Positions 1-13,993 of a stretch of 64,000 nt of DNA are shown here, piece by piece. The stretch's first letter is position 1, and every line of letters begins with the position of its first letter. The stretch is from positions 28,396,001 to 28,460,000 of the forward strand of contig OZ024757.1 of assembly GCA_964016885.1 (NCBI GenBank). Direction: 5' to 3'. A program made the translations under genes and the position numbers. The notes under the pieces are model-generated. The model ran no database searches. It was not told the DNA's origin and saw only the letters and a list, made by a program, of their open reading frames with translations. The DNA is from Eledone cirrhosa. Taxonomy: Eukaryota.

Positions 1-722
1 TTTTTTTTGTGTATTTATCTCTATATTTGTCTTGCCTTATATATATATATATATATAGCTATTTCTTTTCTCAATATCGGTTTACCTTCTTAAGATTGAT
101 TTTTGTTCCGTCTTAAAACTTAAGAGAATATATTATAAAGACGGCTTGTTCTGTATCTAAACCTAGCATGTGTCTTTATTTCTGATAATCCGCTATGTCC
201 TTACTCAAGATCTTGAGGAGATTTCTTGGCTTACATAAGATCTACTAAGATCTTAATGATTTGTTGTTGTTATTGTTGTTGTTTTCTTTTCTTCAACTGG
301 TGATATGGCTGCTACTGTTGTTGTTGTTGTTGTTTAATGCCCAGGTCATCCTTCATTGAAATTAAATGAAATGATTGATTGAATAAATGAAATTTACAGC
401 TCATACCTCTATATGTTTAGCTGGTCTCTTACGAGGTTACATTCCATAAGAGGTTTCTTAAGTGTTTTAATGATAAGGGACCCCCAGTTCTATCATGTAA
501 AGTAATATAAAATTGATGTGCCTTGCCCTAGAACACAACAAGCCGCCCAGTCCCTGCCCAAGAATGATCAAATACAGGATGTCTCAAAAAATATATATAC
601 ACACTTAGATTACCTATACAGGCAATATTTATTAGAATGCTGTTGAAGCATGTATACATTTTTGGGGACACTCGAACAGATGTTTAGAGCATCAAAAGAC
701 AAGGGGCATCATTTTATTCAAA

Positions 723-950
723 TTAACCCTTTAGTATTTACATTACTCTATCTATACTATTGTATTTTCATGGTAAAGGCTTTAACTCACATAATTATCT
801 CACATAATATCGAATCTATTAGATTTTGATATTATTTATTTTGCGAACAATACCTTAACATCAGTATGGGTGGCCAGTTACGACCAGTTTGAGCAGAAAA
901 AGGTGAGAAAATTCTGGCCAGATACAGCCAGTTGAAATGTTAAATGTATT
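723..950. mobile_element. piggyBac-like MITE family A
   Basis: ttaaccctttagtatttacattactcta...; internal sequence homologous to 30483-30684; right end degenerate. Confidence 0.78.
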
Positions 951-1869
951 TGGCATTTTGAAAACATTTGTTTGTTTTTCTCCAGACTTTATAATCTTTT
1001 AAGTATTTAGGGTTTGGAATGGACTTACCTCAGCCCTGAGCAAGACACTTTACTTCCTTTTGCTCCTGACCACTTAGTTAAAAAAAATATGTACCAAGAA
1101 CATCTAAGGGTTAACCTTGCAATAGTCTAGTGATCTGCCCACGAGAGGATTGTTGTACTCAGATGAGGCCCTTATACATCAGAGGAGTGGTAGAATGCTG
1201 AATTGAAACCCTATCATGGTGTAATATTAGTGAAATAGATACCACCAATATTATTGCTATTATTATCATTATTGGTTTCCAGTTTGACAGATAATGCATT
1301 CATAATTTCACTTCAAGTTATGGCAACTATAAATTTACCATAGTTACATATTTCATATATGGGCATATTGTTTTGTATGTATGTGTTTGTATTTGTACAA
1401 GTGTGTGTCTCTGTTTGTGAGGGTGTGTGTGTATGTGTTTGGACATGCAGATTGGTGTTAGTGTTTATGTATGTGCTCATGTTTGTGTCTGTGCTTTTAT
1501 ACATGAGAATGTGTATGTATTCGTGTTTGTGTGTATGTGCTTTGTGCATGTGTGTTTGAGTATTTGAACGTGTGTGTGTTCATTGTGTCTGCTGTATTTG
1601 TATATTTGTACATGTGTTTCAGTGTATGTGTATGTGTGGAACCATTGAATTATATGTAATAGATAGCAATCCTGGTTGTATTGTTGGTCAAGATGTATTT
1701 TTAGTTCAGTTGTATTGGTTCAGTTTACATTGTGGGTCTTGTAATAAATACCAGTCATGTATGGAGGTTGGTTTTTACCTGTTGACTTCCGTGTCTATTT
1801 TACACAGCTACAGTTGCTGTGCTTGGTTTTTTTTTTAAACAAACATTTACTAACAACAATATACACTCC

Positions 1870-2152
1870 ACCCTACACCCCCTTCTCCATCCTCCCACTT
1901 CTGTCCACTGTAAAGTGGTTGTGTAGGTGACATGACAAAAAGCACCCAATCTACACTGTAATGTGGTCATGTAGGAGACGCAGTAAAAAGGCTCCCAGTC
2001 CACACAGTAAATGTGGTTGGTGTTAGGAAGGGCATCCAGCTGTAGAAAACCTGCCAGAAACAGACATAGTCTCCCGAACAATCATGCCTCGCGTGGGACA
2101 AAACCATCTCACCCATTCTAGCGTGGAAGATGGATGTTAAATGATGATGATA
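1870..2152 (+). mobile_element. RTE LINE 3' UTR fragment
   Basis: ggttggtgttaggaagggcatccagctgtagaaaacctgccag...acccattctagcgtggaagatggatgttaaatgatgatga. Confidence 0.8.
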
Positions 2153-2900
2153 TCTGAATGATTGACAAACGTCACATCAATAAACTGGTAACCCCATCTA
2201 GCTTTGAAGTTATGAACTTTTGGAAGCGATTTCATAACTTTGAAGTTATGAACTGTTGAAAAAGACTTGAAACATGTTAGGAAGAGTTATCTCGTTTGTG
2301 GCACGAGCATGCATACATATTAGGACGAGTTATCTCGTCTATGGCACTGAAGAGGTTAATCAATTAATACTAGTGTCTCTCAAGCTTCTTCAAGAGATGA
2401 GTCTAAGGCAAAGAATCTGAGATGAATCTCCTTAGTACTGTTTGTGCCTTAAGAGCCGATGAGTATTTAGACCTTCAATGGCCGCAATATTCCTGGGAGG
2501 ATTAGTGAGCCCAGGTAATGTTAGTTTTGAGAGACATTTTAACTAATGCAAGTCGACAGAAAAAGAATTGTGTGAGGTGGGAGTTATTTGAGTGCTATCT
2601 TTAACAAGTCATTGAAAAACATTTAAGTTCTGCTTCCCTTGTGAATTACCAAGATCACTAGATCTTCGCAAGCCACATTAACTGGTTGGAATATATATGA
2701 TTTGTTAAAAATAAGGGCAAAGTTCCATACAAATTGAAGATTATGGGCAAAAAAAATCCAAGTGGAAATGCACAGACATGTATTTAAAGGATCTTTTTTT
2801 CTTGAATCCAACAAAACAAATATTTCTATATTTGGTAAATCAAGTAAATTTAAGTTTTATCTAATATTTTTTACTGGTTTCAATTGATTACAGCAATCAT

Positions 2901-2971
<71 letters not shown>

Positions 2972-3009
2972 CATCATCATCATATATATATATATTTATA
3001 TGTATATAT

Positions 3010-3180
3010 CCCAAGTTAAATCAGTGGTAACCACAGTAAATTAAGTACTCAGTACATAACTAGAGTGAGAACAACAACATTTAATGTAGAAATGGCTTCT
3101 ACAGGATTTTAAATGTTTCATTCATATACGAATGAAACAGTTCTAGTCCCATAGAAGCCATGTCTATAATAAATTTCCTT
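3010..3180. mobile_element. Penelope-like terminal repeat, inverted (palindromic) remnant of the 17375/60151 family
   Basis: 3010-3123 matches 17385-17493 (ggtaaccacagta...gtactcaatac...tagagtg...aatggcttctacagga). It is followed by an inverted copy GAATGAAACAGTTCTAGTCCCATAGAAGCC; the palindrome spans 3087-3166. Confidence 0.6.
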
Positions 3181-3285
3181 TTATATATATATTATATGCA
3201 TATATGTGTGTGTGTATATCATCATCATCATTTAACGTCCGCTTTCAAGAGAGATAGAGAGATAGAGGTAATTAGAGTGGAATAG

Positions 3286-3318
<33 letters not shown>

Positions 3319-5171
3319 TTATATAAAGCCAAGCCAAATTTTGAATGTATGAGCAAGACGTAGTAAATTGAACTGTCTAGTCTCATAACGTGACAGCCCA
3401 TCTAACCCATCCAAGCATGGAAAATAGAGGTTAAATGGTGATAATGATATTATATAAAATATTAAATGACAAATCATTATGTTGTACATGTGGAAAGGTG
3501 ATAGAGGGGGAGAAACTGCACAATGGCCACCCACCACTCAAAATCCTTAGACGATTTAATTTCATCTAGGTTCTGAGTTCCAACAGTGCTGAGGTTTTAT
3601 TCCATCCCTCCAGGGTCAAATAGACAGAGAATTAACAAAGTCATTGGATTAAATGTTTCAGTATTTGTTCTTGCTCGCTCCACTCAAATCTTTTCCTTTC
3701 ATCTATTTGAAAATTAATAAAGTGTCAGTCTAGGGATGGTGTATTGGTGCAATTGTTAAAGAGTCAGACATGGATGATTCATGGTATTTGATTGAGCTGT
3801 GTGCGTTCTGAGTTTAAATCTTACTGCCTTCTTCCAACAGTTGTGACCGGCAGATAGTATCAGCAATGAAATGACATTGTCTCTTTGGTCCGATCTGATG
3901 ATCAGCTTCTTCTCTTGACTTTTCTCCAGGGTCAATAAAATAATTATATAAATGTGGTTTATTCAATAGAGCTCTTATGAAAAATCTGACCTTCTTGTGT
4001 CAATATAGGAAATAATTATTTAGTATCTGTTAGGTGATGTTGTAATTGTGAAATCATTATTACTGTATTCTGTTGTATAAAGATGCAACAGAGAAGGAGA
4101 TAGGAGTTCATATCTCACTGCAGGCAGTACATTAAATTTCTGTCTCCCTCTCTCTAAAAACACAATTAACTCTACTTGCCTAAGGTTTCAATGTTAATTA
4201 AAGATCTGTTGTTATTCTTTCTTGCTCTATTTTTGTTTACTTAGTATTGCTGTTGTGAATACTTTCAGTATGTCTTGTTGTTGTTGTTGTTGCTGTTGTT
4301 GTTGTCATAGTTGTTGTTGTGGATAATAGAATCTGTAACTGGTAATTCTGATTGAATTGTTGTTGTTATTTTTGTAGCTGTTGTTGTTGTTGTTATCGTC
4401 ATTGTTGTTGTTGCAGCACATGGTATTGGTTATAATTGTTATTGATGTTGTTGTTCTGTAGCTGTTGTTGTTGTCAATGTCAATGCCCTTGTTGTTGTTG
4501 TTGTTGTTGTTGCACATGCTATTGTTTATAATTGTTGTTGTTTTGTAGCTGTTGTTGTTGTTATTTTTGCAGCTGTTATTGTTATTTCTGTAGTTGGTAT
4601 AGCTGTCTTTTATAGATGCTACAATTCATAACTTTTAACTTTGATTAGATTAAATTGTTACTGTTATTATTGTTGATGTTCAGTGTATTTATTGTGCCAG
4701 TGTGGAACCGGAGGGGTGCCACAGCACACTGGTGGGGTGCTTCTGACAGTGCCTTCAGGTGCCGCCAAACCTTGTGATATTTACAGCACTAAACTCCATT
4801 ATAGGTTTGCAGCATTGATAAAACTCTAAATATAAACTTCTAAAAGCTGAAAAATAAAGAAATTACTGGGGGGTGCCACAGATGAAGACATTTCACTAGA
4901 GGCTAACAATTATTTTAAAAAATGGAAGAATAACATATATATGTGTGTGTATATATATATATGTGTGTGTGTTTGTGTGTGTGTGTGTAAGTATGTATGT
5001 ATGTGTATATATATATATAACGATACAATAAAAAAAAAAATGAATAAAAACATATATTTTGCTGTTATTAATGTTCTTGTTTGCATTGCTGATGCAGTTC
5101 TAAATGCCATTTTCCTGATGAGAGAGATACAGATATATATATATATAGATGTGTATATATATTTAGATGTG

Positions 5172-5247
<76 letters not shown>

Positions 5248-5254
5248 CATCTAA

Positions 5255-5286
<32 letters not shown>

Positions 5287-5441
5287 ATATATATACACAT
5301 ATATATATGTGTGTGTATATATATACACATATATATATGTGTGTGTATATATATGTATATATTTACATATATGTGTGTGTGTATATATATGTATATATTT
5401 ATATATATATATATATGTATTTATGTATATATTTATATATA

Positions 5442-5472
<31 letters not shown>

Positions 5473-5575
5473 GTATTTATGTATATATTTATATATGTGT
5501 GTGTGTATATATATATGTATATATTTATATATATATATGTATTTATGTATATATTTATATATATGTGTGTGTGTA

Positions 5576-5614
<39 letters not shown>

Positions 5615-5697
5615 GTATATATTTATATATATATGTATTTATGTATATATTTATATATATATGTATTTATGTATTTATATATTATATATGTGTGTGT

Positions 5698-5736
<39 letters not shown>

Positions 5737-6063
5737 CAGAGAGAGAGAGAGATAGTTCTCTCCACTCCTCCAAAGAATGAATGTTCCATAGAAGGAGCAA
5801 GAAAGTGGAAGGTGCAAAGCATTGCTCTGTTGGCAGCTGAGTTCTGGCTTCTCCAAGACAATGATGTCATTGATGAGGCAAGTGAGAAATCTCTCCAAGA
5901 CTCCACTAAACCTGACGATGAGGAATGGTTCAAGGTTTATGTGATGGCGGGAGTAGAGGGGAGGTAATGGTAAGGATAATGGTAATTACACAGTTTACAA
6001 CCACATTTACTGAATGTGATATGTATGTATGAATCTATGTATATGTATTTATTTATGGATGCA

Positions 6064-6177
<114 letters not shown>

Positions 6178-6261
6178 CGCGTGTGTGTATATATATATAT
6201 ATGTATACATATGTATATATGTATATACACATACATATACCCCTATAGCTATCTATCTATC

Positions 6262-6300
<39 letters not shown>

Positions 6301-6859
6301 CTCTATTAAATGTCCCAGCCATGTGTATATGTATATGTGTTTGTGTGTGTGTGTGATTGTATCTACATATCTGTATGAACTTTAGAGTGTGCATATCCGT
6401 GGATATTGCATATGGCTGAAAGTATGTGTGTGTGTTTGTGTGATGTATGTATGTGTATAAATTTGGTGGATGGGTGGGTGCAGTGGGGGGAGGGGTGCCT
6501 GACAGTCACAGCTGGATGCTGTTATGTCCCATTTAATTAACTGTTTTTCCAGTGTTGTTTACTCTCACCTCTATCCTCCCACCCCACCCACTTTCCCAGC
6601 TCCCCTCCTCACCACTGTGACCTCTGTTCCCAACCCCCACCCACCACTTCCCTCTCCTCCTCCTCATCTTCATATCATCATCACCATCCCCCATTTTCAC
6701 CTACTACTACTAGTACCCCTCTACCCCACACCCCCCACTGCCTCCTCCACCACCTCCACCACCTCTACCACTCTTCTGTGCTCTGTAATAAATGGACTGT
6801 CATCACCTTTGAAACCCCTGAGTGTTGTATTCACACCAACATACTGAATGGTGTTGGGA

Positions 6860-7100
6860 GGTGATGGTGGTGGCGGTGGTAGCAGTGAGGGTGGTGGTGA
6901 TGGTGGTGGTGGTAGCAGTGAGGGTGGTGGTGGTGGCGGTGGTAGCAGTGAGGTTGGTGGTGATGGTGGTGGTAGCAGTGAGGGTGGTGGTGGTGATGGT
7001 GGTGGTAGCAGTGAGGGTGGTGGTGGTGGTGGTGGTGGTAGCAGTGAGGGTGGTGGTGGTGGTGGCGGTGGTAGCAGTGAGGGTGGTGGTGATGTTGGTG
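6860..7100. repeat. ~27-33-bp GGT-based minisatellite
   Basis: (ggt)n-agcagtgagg unit, about 8 copies. Confidence 0.85.
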
Positions 7101-9484
7101 ATGGCAGTAGTGGTAGTGATGATGGTATTGGTGGTGGTGGTGGTGATAGTAGCACTAGTGTTTATGATGGTGGTGGTAGTAATGATGGTAGCAGAGAGGG
7201 ATTGTGATAGTAGTGGTGGTGGTGGTGATGGTGGTGTTAGTGATAGTGATGATGGTGGAGGTAGTGATACTGATGGCTGTAGTGGAGTCTGTGACGGTGG
7301 TAGTGATGGTGGAGGAGGGGTTGGAGGTTGCTTGTTGTTTTTTCTAGAAAGTGAGTGTTGGGGTGGAATAGGATGGGGTGACCATATGAAGATCTGTTTC
7401 TTTTTTACTAATCAAGAAGATGGCGAGGGTGTGGAGTGGTTGAGAGATCCTCCCAAAAGAATTTTTTTTTTTCCTTTATCAAATGGCTGACCAGAGGATT
7501 TCTTAGTGGTGGGGGTGGGGCGGAGTGAATGGGTGTTGAGGGTGGAGGTCACATTTCTACTGCTGCTGCTTGCCATCCCTGCCATCATAATTACCATCAT
7601 CATCACAATGTCACATACAACAACAAATAGCATAAGATAAAATAAAATAAAATAAAATAAATTGATGTAAAACTTCAACAAAAAATAAAATGTTTCACTT
7701 TTACTTTCACTATTTTGTTTTTGTTTTTTTGTCTTTTGTGTGTTTTCTTTAGTTATGTTTTTTTTTTCTTTATTATTTGATGTTGATTCTCCTTTGAATT
7801 ATTTTTGTTTTATGTTTAGTGTGTGTATATGTAGGTGTGTGTGTGTGTGCATGTAGGTGTGGGTGCATATGTAGGTGTGTGTGTGTGTGTGTGTGTATAT
7901 GTAAGTGTGGGTGCATATGTAGGTGTGTGTATGTACATGTAGGTGTGTGTGTGTGTGTACATGTAAGTGTGTGTGTATATGTAGGTGTATGTCTGTACAT
8001 GTAAGTGTATGTGTATATGTAGGTGTGTGTGTACATGTAAGTGTGGGTGCATATGTAGGTGTGTGTGTGTATGTGTACATGTGTATATGTTTAAGTGTGT
8101 GTATGTTTGTATGTGCATGTGGGTAGATTTTATGAGATTTTACTTATGTGTGTTTGTCATATATAACTGTTTATGTGTGTGCACATATGCATGTATAAAG
8201 TCCACATTAAACACCAACAATATGCAAACTCATAAAACCCACTCTAAACACCAACACCAACAATATACAGACCCATCAAACCCACTCTAAACACAAACAG
8301 AAGAGATAATTATAGTTTCCTGAATGTTTTTCTTTAATTTATCTTGACTTTTCAACTTATGTGTTTAGTGTTGTTGTTATTGTTGTATCACCCCCCCCCC
8401 CCCCCCGCGCGTTCCAACTGCAGTTTTCTTCACCATTGCCTACATCCAGATACTGTCAACACCACCAACAGCAGTAACACTACCACAAATAACTACAGCA
8501 CCACCACAACCACCAACAACAACAATACCTCAAACCCCACCACCACAACTACTACCCACAACACCACCACCAACACCACCACCACCACCAATACCACCAC
8601 CAGTCCCAGGTGTATTACCAATATCACATTGTCAAAGTGGCACATAAATGATAATTCTTCAATATTATTACATCGGCAGCAAGGTTAGGGGTGATAGAGG
8701 GAGGGGATATATTCCTTGATAATGGTTAGTGGTGTTGGTGGTGGTTGTGGTGGTGTTGGCAATGGTGGTGGTGGTGGTTGTGGTGTTGGTCTTTGTGGAG
8801 TTGGTGGTGGTGGTTGTGACGATGTTGGCAAAGATGGTGCTGTTTGTGGTGGTTGGGATGGTGGTGGTGTTGGTTGTGGTGGTGATGGTGGTGTGGTGGT
8901 GTTGGTTATGGTGGATTCAGTGATGATGATAATTGTAGTGGTGGTGGTGGTGGTGGTGCTGGTTGTAATGGTGGTTCTGGTGGTGATGGTGTTGGTTGTA
9001 GTGATGGTGGTGTTAGTTGTAGTAGTGGTTGTGGTGATGATGGTGTTGGTTGTAGTGATGGTTGTGGTAATGGTTTTATTAGTTGCAGTGGTGATGATGG
9101 CAACAAGGGTCAGTGGTGATGTGATGGTAGCGACAGAGCTTCACTGTTGATGTTGGTGATGACAGTAATGATAGTAATGTCAGTGGTGGTAGGGGTGGGC
9201 CGGTGGGCAGAAACATCATTTTAAACAAAAGGAGGTTATTTTGGAACTAGAAGTGAAACTTTTTCCTTGTCAGATCTAATTAGGAGACTAAACAGAAGAT
9301 AGGCTGTGTGTATATCTGCAAACATAAGTATGCATATATGTATATATCTGTATATGTATGTCTGTGAATGTATCTGTACATGTGTGTGTATTTGGGGGTA
9401 GGGAGAGTATGTATGTATGTATGTATGAATGTGTGTATGTATATGAATATCTGTATGTGTGCATGTGTGTGATGGATATATATG

Positions 9485-9515
<31 letters not shown>

Positions 9516-9557
9516 ATGTATATGAATATCTGTATGTGTGCATGTGTGTGATGGATA

Positions 9558-9630
<73 letters not shown>

Positions 9631-10097
9631 AGTAGTAGTGGTATGTATTTATATATGAGGGTATGCATGTGTGTGTGTATATATGTATGTGTCTGTGCAT
9701 GTCTATCCACGTGTGTGTATGTAGTATATGCAATGAGGGTCGAGATATGTATATGTATGATACAGGTATGTGTGTAAATGTATATGTGTCTCTGTGTGAA
9801 TGTGTGTAGTATATGCAATGTGTGTGGAGATATGTATGTGTAGAAGTATATGTGTGTATGTATATGTGCCTGTGTTTCTGTGAGAATGTGTGTGCGTGTA
9901 GTGTGTGCGTGTGTAACTAATTAAACTAGTTCAACATGTTAATGGTATAATTCTATGGAATATGGCAGATTTATCATCGCAAGAGTCATTAAACTTGCCA
10001 AACAAATTACTCTTTTCTTTATCTTCTTTTATGTTTTTGTTCTTTAAGAAATAACACAGAAACAATACTAACAACAACAATAGTAGTAATAATGATA

Positions 10098-11020
10098 ATT
10101 CTTTTTAACCTTGGCTCAAGGCCTGAAATTTAACTGGTATTTTCTTTTATCAACCTTGGAAGGATGAAAGGAAACATTGACCCCAGTGAGATTTGAATTC
10201 AGAATGTAAAGAGACAAAATAAATACTGTTAAACATTTGTTTAGGGCTCTGTTAACAACAATGATAATGGTTAATAATTTAGGCACAAGGCCAGCAATTT
10301 TGGGGTGAGGGGGAAGTCGATTAAATCAATGCCAGTGCATTACTGGTACTTTATTTTATCGACCCCGTAAGGATGAAAGGCGAAGCTAACTTCGGCGGGA
10401 TTTGAACTCAGAACGTAAAGGGCCATAACTTTGTGCTGTAAAGCATGGTGTCTGACACTCTACCGATACTGCCAATCCACCAGTAATAATAATGATTTCT
10501 AATTTAAGCACAAGGCCAGCAATTTTGGAGGGAAGGTGGAAAAGTTTACTATATCAGACCACAATACTTGACTGGTACTTCATATTAATCTAGAAGGAGG
10601 AATGATAGAGTTGATCTCAATAGGATTTGAACACAGAATGTTCTAATTAAATGTCTCAAAGGACTTTATTTGATGCTCTAATGATTCTGCTGCCCTGGTG
10701 GAGTTGTAGCAGTGCCATTCTGACATATGGTGTGTCTAGGGGTATTTTAAAACTAACTGAACTCATCTTCTCTAGGTCTGTACAAAGCTGATTTCTTTAA
10801 GAGGGAAAGATAGATATGTAGATAGATAGAAAGTGATAATAAAGGGAAATGGAGGAAGAATTGATCCCAGAACTTGACTAGTTCTTTATTTATCAACCTT
10901 AAAAGGATGAAAGATAGGTAAAGTTGACCTCATGCAGGATTTCAATCCAGGGTGCAGTAAGCCAAAACAAATACTGAGGCATTTTTAATCCAACACCCTA
11001 ATGAACTAAGCCAGTTCACC
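10098..11020 (-). mobile_element. Cluster of four tRNA-derived SINEs (family 1); best copy 10273-10481
   Basis: Minus strand has A-box-like tggcagtatcggtag and B-box gagttcaaatccc. The central gcctttcatccttacggggtcgataaaataaagtaccag resembles the Meta-type domain as I recall it. ATT-rich tail. Confidence 0.82.
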
Positions 11021-11990
11021 TCATCATTGAGAAATGGCTAGCATAGAAATAAACTTATAATCTTTCGTTTGTCTCATTATTGACACTAAATTGAACACAG
11101 ATTACAGAAACAATGCAAATTGGAAAAAGTATTAAAATTTTGATCAACCAGCAATTAAACTGGATTTTAGTATTAGAGTTAGTTTGTGTTCGGCTGGTGG
11201 TTTGGTTGTGTGTGTTTGTTACTGTATGTGTGTGTGTGTTTGTGTGTTTAGTGTGTATCTATGTATATGTTTGTATTGTTTTAGTGTGTTGTGTATTTGT
11301 ATTGTTTTAGTGTGTGTGTGCATGTGTAGTTGTTTGATTGTATTTGCATTTCTTTAGTGTATGTTGTGTGTGTGTTGTTTATTTAGTGTGTGTGTGAGAG
11401 AGAGAGAATGGGTGAGGAAGTAGGAGGGAATCGGAGAGCAGTAAGAGGGAGATGGAGAGAAAGAGAGGTCGGATGACAAACAAATGAAGAGAGGAGGAAC
11501 AGGAGAGGAAGGAGAGAACATATTTGAGAAAGAGAGGTGGTGACAAGGAAATAAGAGATATGGAGAGAGAGTGAGAGTTAATGACAAGAATATGAAGAAA
11601 TATCTGACTTTGTTGTTATAACAAATTTTTAGTTTATAATCATAATCAAATATATTTTTTGCCAAATAGCATTGTTTTGGAATTATAAAATGATTGTGAT
11701 CATAACAGAATGAAGTTTAAAATGTCATTTTATTTAACCTTTTCATTACCATACACTACCTATGATTTTCAAATGCTTTTGAAAATAATAAAAACATTTG
11801 GAGAGATTTAGTAAAATAAATAACTTCCTCATTATAACCCTTTTAAAAGCAATCCTGCCAAAACTGCCCTGGTTCTATAAAACAAAACCACCCATTTTAA
11901 AGAGTTTCTATTTAAATTTAAATCTTCCAATATAATTTTGTATAAGAACTACTTGTCTTTGTAATGAAATAATTATTAATTTTAGTAAAT

Positions 11991-12045
<55 letters not shown>

Positions 12046-12171
12046 AGCAGGGAAAAGTGGACGTAAAATGATGATGATGATATATATATATATTCAGGTG
12101 AAATTCCATTTTTCAGTATAACAACATTTTTTTTATACGCCCATGAATTTCGTTATAACGGAATTTCACTG

Positions 12172-12224
<53 letters not shown>

Positions 12225-12484
12225 ACCATACATAAGCAGACATCTGGCCTGTCTGAGAGGTCAGTAGCCCCACTTCAGTACTGACTTGCTCTATGTAGAC
12301 CCGTCCAACCATTGTTAGCAAGGAAAGTGGACATTAAAATAATGGTTTGACATTACAATAACACCGAATTACCAAGCCATCCCTGAACCAAATTTCTCCT
12401 CTGCTTTCTATTCTCTGCGTCTCTCATAGCTCTGTTGTCCTATATAACTAATTCTGCAATCAACACCTGATGAAAAGTCTTGCA

Positions 12485-12665
12485 TCATGTCTAAGTCCAT
12501 GAACTAAGATACTTAAAATCCTCAACTCCTTTTAAGTAATTTCCATTTTGTGACACAATATCACCCTCTTTTTGGTTGTATGCAACATAGTCCATCTTCT
12601 TTTCACTTATGTAAAGTCCAATTGTTTCAACAGCCAAGTTCACCCTCTGTAACAGAAAGTGTAAA
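12485..12665 (-). mobile_element. Decayed non-LTR RT fragment (RTE-like)
   Basis: LLQRVNLAVETIGLYISEKK...LKGVEDFKYLSS matches the GL-x-IN-xx-KT / VEEFKYLG motifs of LINE RT. Confidence 0.6.
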
Positions 12666-13341
12666 TACATGAGTCGTAGAAAAATGAACTTGTAGAAGTC
12701 GTGTTGGGTATGGACAAGTAGCGAAGTATAATTATCGTCTTCCGAGGAAACTCGACATGAAGATAATGATGATAAGGATGATATATATACACACACTCAT
12801 ACATATATATATATATATATATATAGGTTTATCTCTCTCTCTGTACATCAATACTCATCTTTTTCCATTTCTTAGGGGGTTCTAAATCCCACTATCAGGC
12901 TAAAATTTCTTTAGTAAAAAAAAATATGGCGAAAGCTTCTATTTCTAATTTCAAAACATACTTATATATATATATATTTATATATAGAGGCTAGTTGCTG
13001 TGTTGTTTTATCCATAAGAGTTGCGTAATGACTTCTTGTTGATAAACGGGTTTAAACAGGTACAACACTGCATCAATTTTGTCTATCCAGCTTAGAGGTA
13101 GTGATCAAACGTAATGGAGTTATCATGTATGAAATAAATATTAAGAAAGAAGTTATATGATCATATTTATTGTTATACGTATTTTTGTGACACCAGCATG
13201 GAGCTGTTGTACAATCATTACAACAGTGACCTGCACCCACCAATGTGATGTCATCAGATGTTAATATAATTAAGTGGGTGGGTTGATATGTTGTTAGTAC
13301 TAACAAATAGTACTGGCTTAGTGTGACCGACTATACAACCC

Positions 13342-13399
<58 letters not shown>

Positions 13400-13434
13400 G
13401 GAGAGGAAGACAATACATTCAAAAACAAAATTTA

Positions 13435-13551
13435 CTCCTTACACAGTGTTTCATCTAGGCATAATATCAATATAACAGTTCTATATATATATATGTGTGC
13501 ATATGCATATATATCATTATAAAGAATATTTTCTTAGAATCTTCAGAGAAG
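13435..13551 (-). ncRNA. Type I hammerhead ribozyme motif with expanded loop II
   Basis: Minus strand: CTTCT-CTGAAGA-T TCTAAG...(~75 nt incl. TA repeat)...CCTAGA T-GAAA-CAC t GTG-TA-AGGAG. Stem I is 5 bp, stem III is ACAC/GTGT, and the triplet is GUA. Confidence 0.55.
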
Positions 13552-13641
13552 ACACATTATTGTTTTTAATGATGTTGGCATCTAATATATTATATCATAA
13601 TTCTTTCTCTTCCACTCTTATGATATATGTCTCTCTTCTTT

Positions 13642-13695
<54 letters not shown>

Positions 13696-13868
13696 GGGGG
13701 GGTATATACAAACACTCCCAATTGCACACACATAAAAAATACATTCACACACACACAGATACATAAACAATAAGACCACAATTAAGCCATATCTACATAA
13801 ATTGTCTGGTTTGAAATAATGAGATATATGTGTGTGTGTGTGTGTGTTTATGTCTGTGTTTGTGTGTA

Positions 13869-13993
13869 TGTGTGATGATCCTGTGGGTGTGCAGGTGAAA
13901 CACTCGAGTAACAAGGCTCATCGTTAAGCCATAATAAATGAATATTTAAACTCTGCTTTGGTATTGAATATTTATTCTCACATTTATCAATAA
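13869..13993 (+). ncRNA. Degenerate hammerhead motif plus downstream tail, same family as 55125-55213
   Basis: gTGATGA-T CCTGTG ggtg TGCAGG T-GAAA-CAC tc GAG-TA-ACAAGGC, with core C3 lost at a TG-repeat junction. The downstream ~75 bp is homologous to the reverse complement of 55045-55124. Confidence 0.6.

Noticed and set aside
4698-4900. Possible hAT fragment (ggggtgccacag motifs)
   Set aside because: No matching termini or TSD could be defined.
6721-7490. Pro/Gly/Val-rich ORFs (also 8344-9150, 27594-28178, 39987-40588, 48054-48762, 52723-53419)
   Set aside because: Trinucleotide-repeat tracts open in several frames on both strands, with no splice or domain evidence.
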